Positions 10,601 through 26,802 of a stretch of DNA of 64,000 nucleotides are shown here, one piece after another (the stretch's first letter is position 1; every line of letters begins with the position of its first letter). The notes beneath the pieces are model-generated. The model did not search any database. It worked only from the letters and a program-made list of their open reading frames with translations, and was not told the DNA's origin. Source of the DNA: Antedon mediterranea (Eukaryota > Animalia > Echinodermata). Both the position numbers and the translations under genes were made by a program. Where the stretch lies: positions 2,666,001-2,730,000 of the forward strand of contig NC_092672.1 in assembly GCF_964355755.1 (NCBI RefSeq), in the 5' to 3' direction.

Positions 10601-13600
10601 CCACCAGGAGGGGCTTCCTCGTACGCCACTTAGGGCTCCTAACCCACCAGGAGGGGCTTCCTCGTACGCCACTTAGGGCTCCTAACCCACCAGGAGGGGC
10701 TTCCTCGTACGCCACTTAGGGCTCCTAACCCACCAGGAGGGGCTTCCTCGTACGCCACTTAGGGCTCCTAACCCACCAGGAGGGGCTTCCTCGTACGCCA
10801 CTTAGGGCTCCTAACCCACCAGGAGGGGCTTCCTCGTACGCCACTTAGGGCTCCTAACCCACCAGGAGGGGCTTCCTCGTACGCCACTTAGGGCTCCTAA
10901 CCCACCAGGAGGGGCTTCCTCGTACGCCACTTAGGGCTCCTAACCCACCAGGAGGGGCCTCCTCGTACGCCACTTAGGGCTCCTAACCCACCAGGAGGGG
11001 CCTCCTCGTACGCCACTTAGGGCTCCTAACCCACCAGGAGGGGCTTCCTCGTACGCCACTTAGGGCTCCTAACCCACCAGGAGGGGCTTCCTCGTACGCC
11101 ACTTAGGGCTCCTAACCCACCAGGAGGGGCTTCCTCGTACGCCACTTAGGGCTCCTAACCCACCAGGAGGGGCTTCCTCGTACGCCACTTAGGGCTCCTA
11201 ACCCACCAGGAGGGGCTTCCTCGTACGCCACTTAGGGCTCCTAACCCACCAGGAGGGGCTTCCTCGTACGCCACTTAGGGCTCCTAACCCACCAGGAGGG
11301 GCTTCCTCGTACGCCACTTAGGGCTCCTAACCCACCAGGAGGGGCTTCCTCGTACGCCACTTAGGGCTCCTAACCCACCAGGAGGGGCTTCCTCGTACGC
11401 CACTTAGGGCTCCTAACCCACCAGGAGGGGCTTCCTCGTACGCCACTTAGGGCTCCTAACCCACCAGGAGGGGCTTCCTCGTACGCCACTTAGGGCTCCT
11501 AACCCACCAGGAGGGGCTTCCTCGTACGCCACTTAGGGCTCCTAACCCACCAGGAGGGGCTTCCTCGTACGCCACTTAGGGCTCCTAACCCACCAGGAGG
11601 GGCTTCCTCGTACGCCACTTAGGGCTCCTAACCCACCAGGAGGGGCCTCCTCGTACGCCACTTAGGGCTCCTAACCCACCAGGAGGGGCTTCCTCGTACG
11701 CCACTTAGGGCTCCTAACCCACCAGGAGGGGCCTCCTCGTACGCCACTTAGGGCTCCTAACCCACCAGGAGGGGCTTCCTCGTACGCCACTTAGGGCTCC
11801 TAACCCACCAGGAGGGGCTTCCTCGTACGCCACTTAGGGCTCCTAACCCACCAGGAGGGGCTTCCTCGTACGCCACTTAGGGCTCCTAACCCACCAGGAG
11901 GGGCCTCCTCGTACGCCACTTAGGGCTCCTAACCCACCAGGAGGGGCTTCCTCGTACGCCACTTAGGGCTCCTAACCCACCAGGAGGGGCCTCCTCGTAC
12001 GCCACTTAGGGCTCCTAACCCACCAGGAGGGGCTTCCTCGTACGCCACTTAGGGCTCCTAACCCACCAGGAGGGGCTTCCTCGTACGCCACTTAGGGCTC
12101 CTAACCCACCAGGAGGGGCCTCCTCGTACGCCACTTAGGGCTCCTAACCCACCAGGAGGGGCTTCCTCGTACGCCACTTAGGGCTCCTAACCCACCAGGA
12201 GGGGCCTCCTCGTACGCCACTTAGGGCTCCTAACCCACCAGGAGGGGCTTCCTCGTACGCCACTTAGGGCTCCTAACCCACCAGGAGGGGCTTCCTCGTA
12301 CGCCACTTAGGGCTCCTAACCCACCAGGAGGGGCCTCCTCGTACGCCACTTAGGGCTCCTAACCCACCAGGAGGGGCCTCCTCGTACGCCACTTAGGGCT
12401 CCTAACCCACCAGGAGGGGCCTCCTCGTACGCCACTTAGGGCTCCTAACCCACCAGGAGGGGCTTCCTCGTACGCCACTTAGGGCTCCTAACCCACCAGG
12501 AGGGGCCTCCTCGTACGCCACTTAGGGCTCCTAACCCACCAGGAGGGGCTTCCTCGTACGCCACTTAGGGCTCCTAACCCACCAGGAGGGGCCTCCTCGT
12601 ACGCCACTTAGGGCTCCTAACCCACCAGGAGGGGCCTCCTCGTACGCCACTTAGGGCTCCTAACCCACCAGGAGGGGCCTCCTCGTACGCCACTTAGGGC
12701 TCCTAACCCACCAGGAGGGGCCTCCTCGTACGCCACTTAGGGCTCCTAACCCACCAGGAGGGGCTTCCTCGTACGCCACTTAGGGCTCCTAACCCACCAG
12801 GAGGGGCTTCCTCGTACGCCACTTAGGGCTCCTAACCCACCAGGAGGGGCCTCCTCGTACGCCACTTAGGGCTCCTAACCCACCAGGAGGGGCTTCCTCG
12901 TACGCCACTTAGGGCTCCTAACCCACCAGGAGGGGCCTCCTCGTACGCCACTTAGGGCTCCTAACCCACCAGGAGGGGCCTCCTCGTACGCCACTTAGGG
13001 CTCCTAACCCACCAGGAGGGGCCTCCTCGTACGCCACTTAGGGCTCCTAACCCACCAGGAGGGGCCTCCTCGTACGCCACTTAGGGCTCCTAACCCACCA
13101 GGAGGGGCTTCCTCGTACGCCACTTAGGGCTCCTAACCCACCAGGAGGGGCTTCCTCGTACGCCACTTAGGGCTCCTAACCCACCAGGAGGGGCCTCCTC
13201 GTACGCCACTTAGGGCTCCTAACCCACCAGGAGGGGCTTCCTCGTACGCCACTTAGGGCTCCTAACCCACCAGGAGGGGCTTCCTCGTACGCCACTTAGG
13301 GCTCCTAACCCACCAGGAGGGGCTTCCTCGTACGCCACTTAGGGCTCCTAACCCACCAGGAGGGGCCTCCTCGTACGCCACTTAGGGCTCCTAACCCACC
13401 AGGAGGGGCCTCCTCGTACGCCACTTAGGGCTCCTAACCCACCAGGAGGGGCTTCCTCGTACGCCACTTAGGGCTCCTAACCCACCAGGAGGGGCTTCCT
13501 CGTACGCCACTTAGGGCTCCTAACCCACCAGGAGGGGCCTCCTCGTACGCCACTTAGGGCTCCTAACCCACCAGGAGGGGCTTCCTCGTACGCCACTTAG

Positions 13601-14960
13601 GGCTCCTAACCCACCAGGAGGGGCTTCCTCGTACGCCACTTAGGGCTCCTAACCCACCAGGAGGGGCTTCCTCGTACGCCACTTAGGGCTCCTAACCCAC
13701 CAGGAGGGGCTTCCTCGTACGCCACTTAGGGCTCCTAACCCACCAGGAGGGGCTTCCTCGTACGCCACTTAGGGCTCCTAACCCACCAGGAGGGGCTTCC
13801 TCGTACGCCACTTAGGGCTCCTAACCCACCAGGAGGGGCTTCCTCGTACGCCACTTAGGGCTCCTAACCCACCAGGAGGGGCTTCCTCGTACGCCACTTA
13901 GGGCTCCTAACCCACCAGGAGGGGCTTCCTCGTACGCCACTTAGGGCTCCTAACCCACCAGGAGGGGCTTCCTCGTACGCCACTTAGGGCTCCTAACCCA
14001 CCAGGAGGGGCTTCCTCGTACGCCACTTAGGGCTCCTAACCCACCAGGAGGGGCTTCCTCGTACGCCACTGCCTTAATATACAATATGTTTGTATTTGAC
14101 TGTAGATTTTTACGGCACAAATTCGACAGAAAGCTCGTTGATTGACGTTGCTGTTGGGGTAATAGACGACTTGAAAATGTACATATATGCAAACTTGAGA
14201 GAAAAGGATCCGGCTAGAAAGGTAACATTTGGGGACATTGTTTTAATGGTAACATTTCCGAAATAAAAGATTGAATGAATGAATATATTATAATTAAACA
14301 ATTACATCACAATTTATATAATTAGAAGCGAGTGTCGTAGTGCCAGCGAACGTATAGGCCTAGGAGGTGGTGTCCTGGCGTAGGATTGACTTTATACATT
14401 TTTACTTATACTTTTAAATTGTGTAATCTGTATCTGTATATATTTTATTATTAGGAAGAGGGTATGAAGGACATTAATGAAAATCGCCTACCAACCGCTT
14501 TGACACAGTTGGAAGAAATATTGAAAAATAACAACGGCGGGAAAGGCTGGTTCGTTTCAGATAAAGTAAGTGTTCCATTGGTCGTGTTCTGATATTCACG
14601 TGATTCGTATAGGCCAATGTTAGCCGCTCATTCTGAGTTAGGAAATTGTGGTAGTAGTTGAAGCTATCGCAACTCCCGATTGGTTTGTAGCGCATGCGTA
14701 CCATTTTTGTTGTTATTGTCATATTTATATATCATGAGGTGAAGTAAAACCTGCAAACCAAAGTGGCTTCATTATTGTTTTTTCTACTCCAACAGGTCTC
14801 GCTGGCAGATATTCTGTTCTTTTCGTTGAGTGAAAGATTGGTACAGACATCCCCAACTGTTTTCGATAGTTACCCGCATCTAAAGGCCTTGCTCGAACGC
14901 TTCAAGAGTCAAGAAAACATCAAAAAGTGGCTTGCCAACCGACCAGTTACTGAGTACTAG
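7633..14960 (+). CDS. Sigma-class (HPGDS/S-crystallin-like) glutathione S-transferase 1, 5 exons
   Basis: Exons 7633-7768, 7898-7999, 14106-14221, 14455-14565, 14796-14960, all GT-AG and in frame; MAPRYELLYFNAKG..EPARL, PFGQVPVL, QSRAIFRFLAREF, SLADI, WLANRPVTEY*. Confidence 0.93.
8303..14071 (+). mobile_element. hAT-like MITE whose right end is tandemly amplified
   Basis: Left TIR CAATGGCGTAGCGAG (8303) pairs with right TIR CTCGTACGCCACTG (ends 14071); degenerate 8-bp TSD CCTATATA/CCTTAATA. Confidence 0.65.
8432..14070. repeat. 43-bp tandem satellite, 131 units, in GST-1 intron 2
   Basis: Unit GCCACTTAGGGCTCCTAACCCACCAGGAGGGGC(T/C)TCCTCGTAC; (14065-8432)/43=131; one variable site seen. Confidence 0.98.
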
Positions 14961-15095
14961 TAATAAAGCTGGTAGGAACTTCGGACCTAGTTGGCTAAGG
15001 GTGCTTTCAGACGCTGGTTGATTTGTGTACCTTTCACACGAGGCTTCACTATTCACACGCACAACAAAAGTAGTTTTACGTAATTTATGCAGTAA

Positions 15096-15425
15096 AGCGT
15101 GGTTCCCACTAGAATGCAATGCAGTGATGTATTGCGTAAACACAAGTGGGAACCGACGACGCAATAGTGCTGTAAACATCGCAGGTTTGATTTCACGCAG
15201 GTGGGGGCACAACACAATTATTAGAAGGGCATTTGCATACGTTGCGTAGATTGCGTTACGCTGCGTCGCTAGTGGGAACCACGATTAAGCTTGGTTCCCA
15301 CTAGAACGTAACGCAAAGACGTAAACGCAACGCAAGCGAAGTTATAGACAGCAATCACAAGCGAATAAGCCATCGCTTGTGATTGGTCAATTCACTTGCG
15401 TTGCGTCGGTAGTGGGAACCACGCT
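15096..15425. mobile_element. Two adjacent family A MITEs
   Basis: AGCGTGGTTCCCACTAG..TAGTGGGAACCACG TIR pairs in tandem just 3' of GST-1. Confidence 0.8.
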
Positions 15426-15810
15426 TTAATGACAAACTATTGATCAAGAACAACTTCCCGACTAACGCACGCGCACACACGCACGTGTGTGTACGTGTGG
15501 GTTTTATATACTGGTCGGCGAAATGAGAACATTAATAATCACGTGGTATATGTGCGTTTATATTGCGCGCATATAAAAACTACATAGAAAAAACCACGTA
15601 GGCCTACAGTAGTTAAACTTGTTTTGTGTACTGTAATTGTAATAAAAAAAACATATAAATTTGGTAAAATTTGTTTCATGACATTTAATTATTCTATTTA
15701 AACAGTGTCGTTATCGTTTGCACGTGCGTAGAAGCGGTGCAAAGGTGACGAAGACAGAACATACGAAAAACCTGTAAACATATTGGATACAGAGTATATT
15801 TTAGTACCAC

Positions 15811-17699
15811 CAAGCCCGTAGCCAGGGGGGTTTTTTGGGGTTCGGGCGAACCCCCCCTTTTGCGCGAACCCCCCTTTTACCAGCGAACCCCCCTTGAAAA
15901 ACAAAGGCCCCACTTCCAAAATCGTGCAATTAATTATCAATTATAGCAGATTTTTTGGTCATTTTACTTCTATTGACTATGTTTAAATCGATCGAATATA
16001 CAGATTGTCCGATGTCAAAGTCACTGCTGAGCGTGAGATCGAGAGATTGTTGAGAGATGATGGTTATAAATATGACAGAAAAATGGAATGACCAATCGCG
16101 TGCTTCGGCCGGGCTTTTCGGAACGCACAAGATCACGTTCAGTTCAATTCAATCTTTTTGGGGATTTTTTTCCTGGAAATATTTTTCATTAAACCAAAGA
16201 ATTTCACTGTTTAAACTTGAATAAAAATGGTGCTGAGTTAAATTGGTACGTGTACGTAGGCCTACCGTATATTTCGGTGTATAAGACGCACTTTTGACAC
16301 GCAAATTTGACCTCTAAATGTAACCCTAATTAATTTAATTACCTACTAATACTTAAATTAATTAAAAATAGTGTAGGCCTACTACTCTGCAATGTAGGCC
16401 TAGCTAGTTACTCACTCCTGTCTAACCACAGTGTGGTAACAAGTTTATTGAATTTTTAGTTAAGGTAAATTGTCATCCTCGACTGTATTAATTAATATTA
16501 CAGTACGCATTAGATATTCTACCCAGGCCTAGTAATACTCTCTGAACTCGCGGGTGTGTATTCTAGCAGCATGCAGCATCATCACAGCGCGCAACACATT
16601 TATGGAAGAGTCTATTAATTACGGTGGTGTCACATTTTATTTACACAATAACTATTTCCCTTGATCACGGTGGTTTATTTTTATTACATCTCTATGTCAA
16701 CAATCACATAATTTTATAATCATGTAGTCAATAGTTCGTATGTCAAGCGATATCTAAAAGAGTGTGTTGTTATTGTGTTACGTAGCTTCCCCTAATCTTA
16801 TAGTGTATATGGCCACCAGGCAAACATGGTTAGTGCTCTCTCCTCATATTGCTGTAATGCATGCATGGAAATAGGAAAGATTTTCATATAGGCCTACCCA
16901 ACATGATATTCCTGGTTCATTATCAGCCCAAAAAACTGAACATCATTTGGATTGATTTTATAATGGTCATACACACAATAAGAAGGTATATATTTAAATA
17001 ATATGAAATTAAAGTTACTTAAATAGACATAGGCTAGCCCTACCCACACAGTGCATCGTAACTGAAACAATATGGGGATTTCCCTTTTCATTGAACGTTC
17101 AGTTGAAGTAGAGACTGATTACGATGTAATAAAGGCAATCAAACAAAATTATATCATTTGATTCTAATATGTCTCAAATATCGTTGTTTTTTTAATTAAA
17201 ATACCATTGTTTTGATTGTAAAATGTTTAAATTTCGGCCTAGAAATAAGTGCGTCTTATGCATCGACTACATAAAAAATACTAATATTTCAGTCTCCGTT
17301 ATGGGTGCGTCTTATACACAGGTGCGACTTGTACACCGAAATATACGGTACTATTTGTTTTTTATGTTTATAGGATAAGAAATTACTTAAGGGCCTAATA
17401 TAATATACTTTTTTGCAACAATAAAGCTGTTATTCATGATCAGTACTACTAACTTCCATACTATACTATATAATTTCTCTGCATAACCCAGATTTTAGTA
17501 GGTAAAAAATGTCTCTGTAAGCTTATTAAAACAACCGAAATTGCTCTGAGAGCCAAAGCTTCCAGGGGGCTTCGCCCCCTGGACCCCGACCGGGGGCCCT
17601 TGGCGGCCCTCTGGCCCCCAGCCTACAGTTGCTCGCTGCGCTCGCAAAATACTTGGTGTCAAGAAAACCCCCATCTGATGCATTCTGGCTACGGGCCTG
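15811..17699. mobile_element. 1.9-kb non-autonomous DNA transposon with 5-bp TSD
   Basis: TIRs CAAGCCCGTAGCCAG / CTGGCTACGGGCCTG; ACCAC on both flanks (15806-15810, 17700-17704). Confidence 0.7.
16265..17348. mobile_element. pogo/Tigger-like (Tc1/mariner) non-autonomous element nested in the previous element
   Basis: TIRs CCGTATATTTCGGTGTATAAGACGCAC / GTGCGACTTGTACACCGAAATATACGG; TA on both sides. Confidence 0.8.
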
Positions 17700-17700
17700 A

Positions 17701-17850
17701 CCACCGTTAGAATTCCGTGTGTAATTTCGTAGATATGCAATGCCGGCGGTATAAAATATACTCTGTATCCGATATCCACCGTTAGCATTCCGTGTGTAAT
17801 TTCGTAGATATGCAATGCCGGCGGTATATAATATACTCTGTATCCGATAT
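17701..17850. repeat. 75-bp direct tandem duplication
   Basis: 17701-17775 nearly identical to 17776-17850. Confidence 0.9.
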
Positions 17851-18222
17851 GTTTTTATTCTAATCGAACTTTCTAGTTTCATTATCATCAGTGCTTTGCC
17901 TTTCAGTGAAATATAAATAATAAAACCTCAATAATACATCGTCACCCTTCACCAATAATGAACATTGCGTAGACAAAGAAAAAAAATGTATAGTGGTAAC
18001 AAAAATGACTAATAATAATAAAACGATCTAGTCTGGTCTAGTTACCACTAATTGACGGCCTGGATATATTGAATGCAGCGCAGTATTGATTTAGTGTCCG
18101 TTTACACATGGAGTCATTTACATTGTGACGTGTAATGATAATTATAGTCTGAATAAAATTACACGGCCAACAGTTGATACGTTAGTGTAAGTAAGAACCA
18201 GCTTAATTCAACAGCCAGCTAG

Positions 18223-21249
<3,027 letters not shown>

Positions 21250-22134
21250 GAAGGCAACCGAATGTCCGACAATAGGACTAGAACCGCACTAATGATTGAT
21301 ATAGTTAGATACAAACACGTGTCATGTTGTGTCGTACGGTACGCAACTTTGGCGAGTCCATGATTCAAGCGCTACGCCATGTTTATATATGCACTGCGTC
21401 AGACCATGGAGGTATAATATCTCCATGGTCAGACTACATGCACGTGTTATGCTTGTTTGTATGTGACGATATTTTAGTTATTACATGGGTAAATGGAACA
21501 TACTGTACTAAAAATTATGTAGATTTGTAGAACATTTAAAAGAAAATAAAAGATACATGTTCTTTCAACAAAAATACAGTTGTGTATGTTTTATGTTGGT
21601 ATCAAAACATTAACAAATTAATGATTCTATACTCTATATTTGATTTGTTGTACTGTGTTACTGTACACTGTTGTAATCCGTCTCATTCTTTTGTAATTGC
21701 ACCATGAGGCATGGAGGTATAATACCTCCTTTTTAAATTTATATTTTAAATTCAAATACTGAAATACAGAGCTTTTATATTAAGAACATAATGCGATTCC
21801 CTGTGTAGTTTATACAATGACTGGGTGCGTACCGGTATATATCTTTGGAACTAGTAAAAACTATCATACCGCCCTCTATAGTTTGATAAGTTTTCTAAAA
21901 ACTCGGGTAAGATCAGATCATATTTCATCGGTATGACAATTCCAATTACTAAATACTTTCGTTAATTATAATTATAGGCCTATGACATAAACTTATGATT
22001 ATAGATTATGGTGCGTTTCTAGATACTATTTAGTATTTGTTTTCTAAATGATATATGAAATGCTAGTACCACCTCGGCCTATAATTCTTATGTGTTGTGA
22101 CTTCCCTATCGTCATGGTTCAATGGGTTTAAGTT

Positions 22135-22149
22135 TGTTTACATGGTTAC
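22135..22149. promoter_or_regulatory. Overlapping forkhead (TGTTTAC) and RFX X-box-like site upstream of CFAP107
   Basis: TGTTTACATGGTTAC (reverse GTAACCATGTAAACA), ~115 bp before the ATG of a motile-cilium gene. Confidence 0.5.
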
Positions 22150-22261
22150 GACGACGCCTGTGGACGTGTGTCAGGAAAACAACACACATGTTTTATTAAC
22201 GTTTGGGAGTTTACTTGAGAAGCACGTACAGGAAAAATAAGAACAATAATCAAGTTTTAAA

Positions 22262-24187
22262 ATGGCACAAAACGACTCTGGTAAATGGAATTTGCCAGGA
22301 TGGAGAATAGAACAGCGTTTTGCAAATAAAGTACTGATAGGAAATTGGTCAGAAGAACGATATGCGGTGAGTAAATTATCTTTTTTTCGTAGGCCTACTT
22401 CTACTACTACTACTAGGCCTAGTACTACTAGTACTTACTAGTACTACTAGGCCTATGCTGGTCGTAAGCAGAGCCAGGCTTATCTAGACTAGATTAGTTA
22501 TGCATATTACTACTAATTAAATTCAGCTATCCTTCCATTTTTTGTAGGCCTGCTGTAGATAGGGTTTAGTATCTAGGATCAATTAATGCCGATGGCAATT
22601 ACTACTACTAACTATAAGCCTAGCCTATAATATATAATATTGACTTTTTACTTTTTTTATGTTGGCCCTAAGTATTATCTTTGTTTCTACTAACAGTGGA
22701 GTAAATCAAGAGTAAATTCAACATCAACACACAGAATGGATTTCAAACACAATAGCAGCTTTAAGCCGGATGTATTGACCCGTCGATCAGCAATGATGAA
22801 AAATGATGTAAGACAAACTTTAACTAGCAAATAAAATAGGTATAAAAAAATCTGTAACTTGCAGGTTTTAGTTGGGGAGAAACTTTGACAAATACAACAT
22901 TTCTTTTTCAAATGCCAAGTCCTATATACTGTACAAGAACGTTGACAGTTATGACTTTACAAATACTAGACCTTGACCTTGACCTTGATCCTCGGCAGTA
23001 AACTCTTCAGCTTTGAGTCTGAGTTCCTTTGCAATTCTTTCTATACACATGATTCCTCCACGTTCATTTCCTTTAATTTTTCTGTTAATTTTACATGTCT
23101 CAGTTTTTTTTACGTTCTAAGCAATTGTCCTATACCTTCTGTTAGTGTTAAACATATTATTACATTTGTTTTTGCAGTGGATGTGGTAATTGTGTTTCAA
23201 ATTAATATTTAACATTCTTTAATTTGTTTTTAGGGTCTGCCAGGTACACTTATTTTCCATCACCATGGTAACCATTACTCAAACAACATGATTTCCTCGT
23301 ACGACGAGCATTTTAACCGGAAAGAACGTGAACCCTCGGATCGCTTGCCAAGGTTGCGTCACTGGGACTCGCATAGTCTTGCCTGGGAGCCAGAAAAATC
23401 TGATCACCCAATGAAAGGTACTGTATACATCATGATGGCTTGAAAACTCTTAAGCTCTGTCTACACTATCTGACTTTATGTAACAAAAAGATGTGATATA
23501 TATGGACATGATGACATCATATCATTACATCACATGTTTTTGTCACATAAAGTTTGATAGTGTAATTCTAAATAAAGCTCTAGCTAGTGTAATCTTTCAT
23601 TTGTAGGAAGCTTTAAATCCACCAAAACTTTGTTGAGGAATCGAGTGGCGAAGCATGTGTCCCGTCCCGATGTTTCCAACCCATGCATAATATAACATGA
23701 TGTAACTTGGTCCTTCATAAAAATGTGTGAGATGCCCAACTAATGGTAGTGATATGACACATAGTTTAAAGTGACAGAGCTTAAGTTGCAAATTGAAAGC
23801 TATGAAGTCATACAGCAAATATATTCAATTGTTTTTACTTTAATTTTGTTATTTTCATTTTTATTATCTTAATGTTTAGGTGCTCCAACTCAACTCGGTT
23901 TACACGACAAACTAAAACAAAAGTGGGCCACCGAGCAAAAAGCAGCTGGACTTGGTGCGTATCATACCACATATGGTCACTCTTACGTACCTCAAGTGAA
24001 AGACGCCCTCGTGACGAACCATTATTCAGCTCCTCGTGTTCTCTCCACGCGCATGCACAATGGCAACAAAATCAATAAGGACTTATACCTACGTAACGTA
24101 AGCGTGATTCAAACACCTGATAAAGTATTCCTTCCAGCTTCAACACGGCCGCAAACGTGTCTGCCACCGGCGTCAATCTCGGCTTGA
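22262..24187 (+). CDS. CFAP107: Cilia- and flagella-associated protein 107 (C1orf158) ortholog, 4 exons
   Basis: Exons 22262-22366, 22697-22807, 23234-23417, 23880-24187; WRIEQRFANKVLIGNWSEER, MISSYDEHFNR, LRHWDSHSLAWEPEKSDHP..APT..GL resemble human CFAP107 as recalled. Confidence 0.88.
23453..23580. mobile_element. Family B MITE (partial copy also 24774-24858)
   Basis: AGCTCTGTCTACACTATC end and ATATATGGACATGATGA core shared with 33207-33343 and 56770-56957. Confidence 0.65.
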
Positions 24188-26802
24188 ATAATGTATAGTA
24201 TATTTTAACCACAAGTATATAACATATTTTTATATGGATGTTAAGAAGTGAAATCATTAAAACTATATTAAAAGACTTCTTCCCATCATGACTAATGATC
24301 ACAATTTTTAACACATTTGATTTGTGTTTATTTTATATTAATTCATTGTGAATGTATTATAAATAACCAGGGTAGCTTTACCAATGTATTCAAATTATTT
24401 TGATAAAGCCTAAAATAGTAATAAACTTGCTTGAAATTATAATTTTTAACTGCAACAGTTCTATGATACATTCCATGTAGGAATTTTAAAAATTAGGGTT
24501 TCAAAAATGTCACATGTGACAATGTTTTGGGAATTTGCCTGGATACAAATCTTATGAACGATTATAATTCTATTTTGGCTACCAAAAACTATTATTTTTA
24601 TAAATTGCTCATAAAATGTATATAAAAATAAAATATTATATAGAAAGTTTAATATTTTGCCATGAATTATAAATTATGTACCTTTAATACAGTTCTTATA
24701 AAATCAGGTTTTTAATTAAAATTATAAAAAAAATAATGTATCTACTCTACCTACACTTAAAAGTACACCCTAAAGCTCTGTCACAAACTTTATGTGACAA
24801 AGAAATGTGATGTGCCCATATATGGACATGATGATGTCATATCACTACCATATTTAGTAGATTATTACAGTAACAAATATTAGACCAGCAACAAAATAAT
24901 TATTTAAAAATTAAATTTTAGCTTCTTTAGGGTCCTATGTCCATTACGCTTCTGATACACTGTCAATTTTAATGATCCAAATTGATTCTGCTGTGACAAA
25001 ATCATAGGCTTCCATTTTATTCTAATATTAATATTAATATTTATTTTCCATAAATAAATGGTGCCCCAGGTACGGTGCTTATTCCCCCAATACCAAATTT
25101 TAATTAGTAATTTTGAGGCGCAAATAAAAGAAGTAGAGGAGATGTTCTTTACCACTGGTTGGATCTCTGCCACACTTAAATGCAACCACATTGCTTGCTG
25201 TATCTTGCATGTTAATTTAATAGTTTTACCAAATGCTTACTTTATCAGTTATATGATGTGCTGTAAATATAATAATTAGCCAAAACATCATTTAAGTATA
25301 CAAATGCAATTTCTTTTACGTTGACTTAAGCCTTGTGGCTACTAAAGTAAAGAAAAGCACTTTCAGAAACAAACACAATGTAAGACATGAAAAAATATGC
25401 AATTTTAAGAGATGTTTACACTGGATTACCTATGCAAAATATAGGGCAACTTACGTCACTTATAAGAGCAATACTGAACTGATCACTGCAATTTAAAAAG
25501 GGAAAACGTTTTTATTCTTTGAGTTTATGATTATATAGATTTTTCGGGAAATAATTTAGTTGTAGAATCGGTGACCTTTAGAAATATCTATAATTTACTG
25601 TAAATACTTATTAAATAGAAGTGCCTGGTTTGAAAGATGCAATGTGAATGGGAACCTAACAATGATATTAACATGTTTATTTTAGGGTGTATACTAACAA
25701 TTGTATATTTCTATTGACAGCAACTATAATATATTCTGTGTAATCAAAATATGTATTTTATATTTTAATATGATTTGATGTGTGTGCAATAATGCATTAA
25801 TAAAAATGAAGAAGCTGGATTCGTCAAACCAACTTGTGTCACTTCGTGTTTTTTATCTTCCAGACTTTTTATTATCTTAACTAGTTTTCAAAGTTAAATG
25901 TACTAAACAACATTTAACATGATGATTACATGTACTGTATTTGTCTATATGGTTTTTAAGTAAATTGAAGAGTAAGAAATATTACTGTACGGTTTTTTAT
26001 AAGATGTATATGGATTTTCTAGGCACCTTTACTTCACAAGATGTACCCTCCATGTGCAGAGGTATTCAAATTTATTGTTTGTTATTGCATATGTCAAGTA
26101 GAAGTATTGCCGACCTCTGACATATCTGTAGACTGTCACAAGTCTTATATTATGTTAGGCCACCCCTCAGGATGTGTTTTGATTTTGTCTTAAGTATTAT
26201 ACGTATGAAACGCAATGTGTGCCAAAATATTTATAACCTACTACTAGACTATAAACCAAAGTTTGCTTGCTTGTAGATGTGTTCATTAATTATAAACAGA
26301 AATAAGTATGTTTCTATACATACTGACCCCCAACCCCTCCTCTGACAAAACTCTGTTACCTGGGGAAAGTTTTCAGAATACATTAAACAATTTGATTTTG
26401 GCCTTAAGTATTAAGCGGACTTGGCTTGCCATACTCAGGTATTCACTTTACTAGGTGTTTCTTTTATGATATTGTAGTAGGATAAAACACACAAAACAAA
26501 AGGTAACAAATTAATAGTTTGTCATTTATTCCACTAAAATAAATATAAAATTATGTTTAAAATTGATTTAATATAATATTGCATATTATCAATTTAAGTT
26601 TTAAGACATTTGCTGCAGCACGCCTACCTGTCCAATATGGTTATGCTGTTACAGAATTTTTGGTAAAACTAATACTCAACATTTTATAATTAAGCACCCG
26701 TATTATTGATTTTTATTTATCTTTTTTTTATCTCCTGCGTGTCTACCATATACAGTACTTTATCTTTTATTGGTAATTGAATAATTAAATTAAAGGCCAA
26801 CA

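Noticed and set aside
8432-14070. CRISPR-like or telomeric array
   Set aside because: No unique spacers and no cas genes; eukaryotic intron; only one isolated TTAGGG per unit
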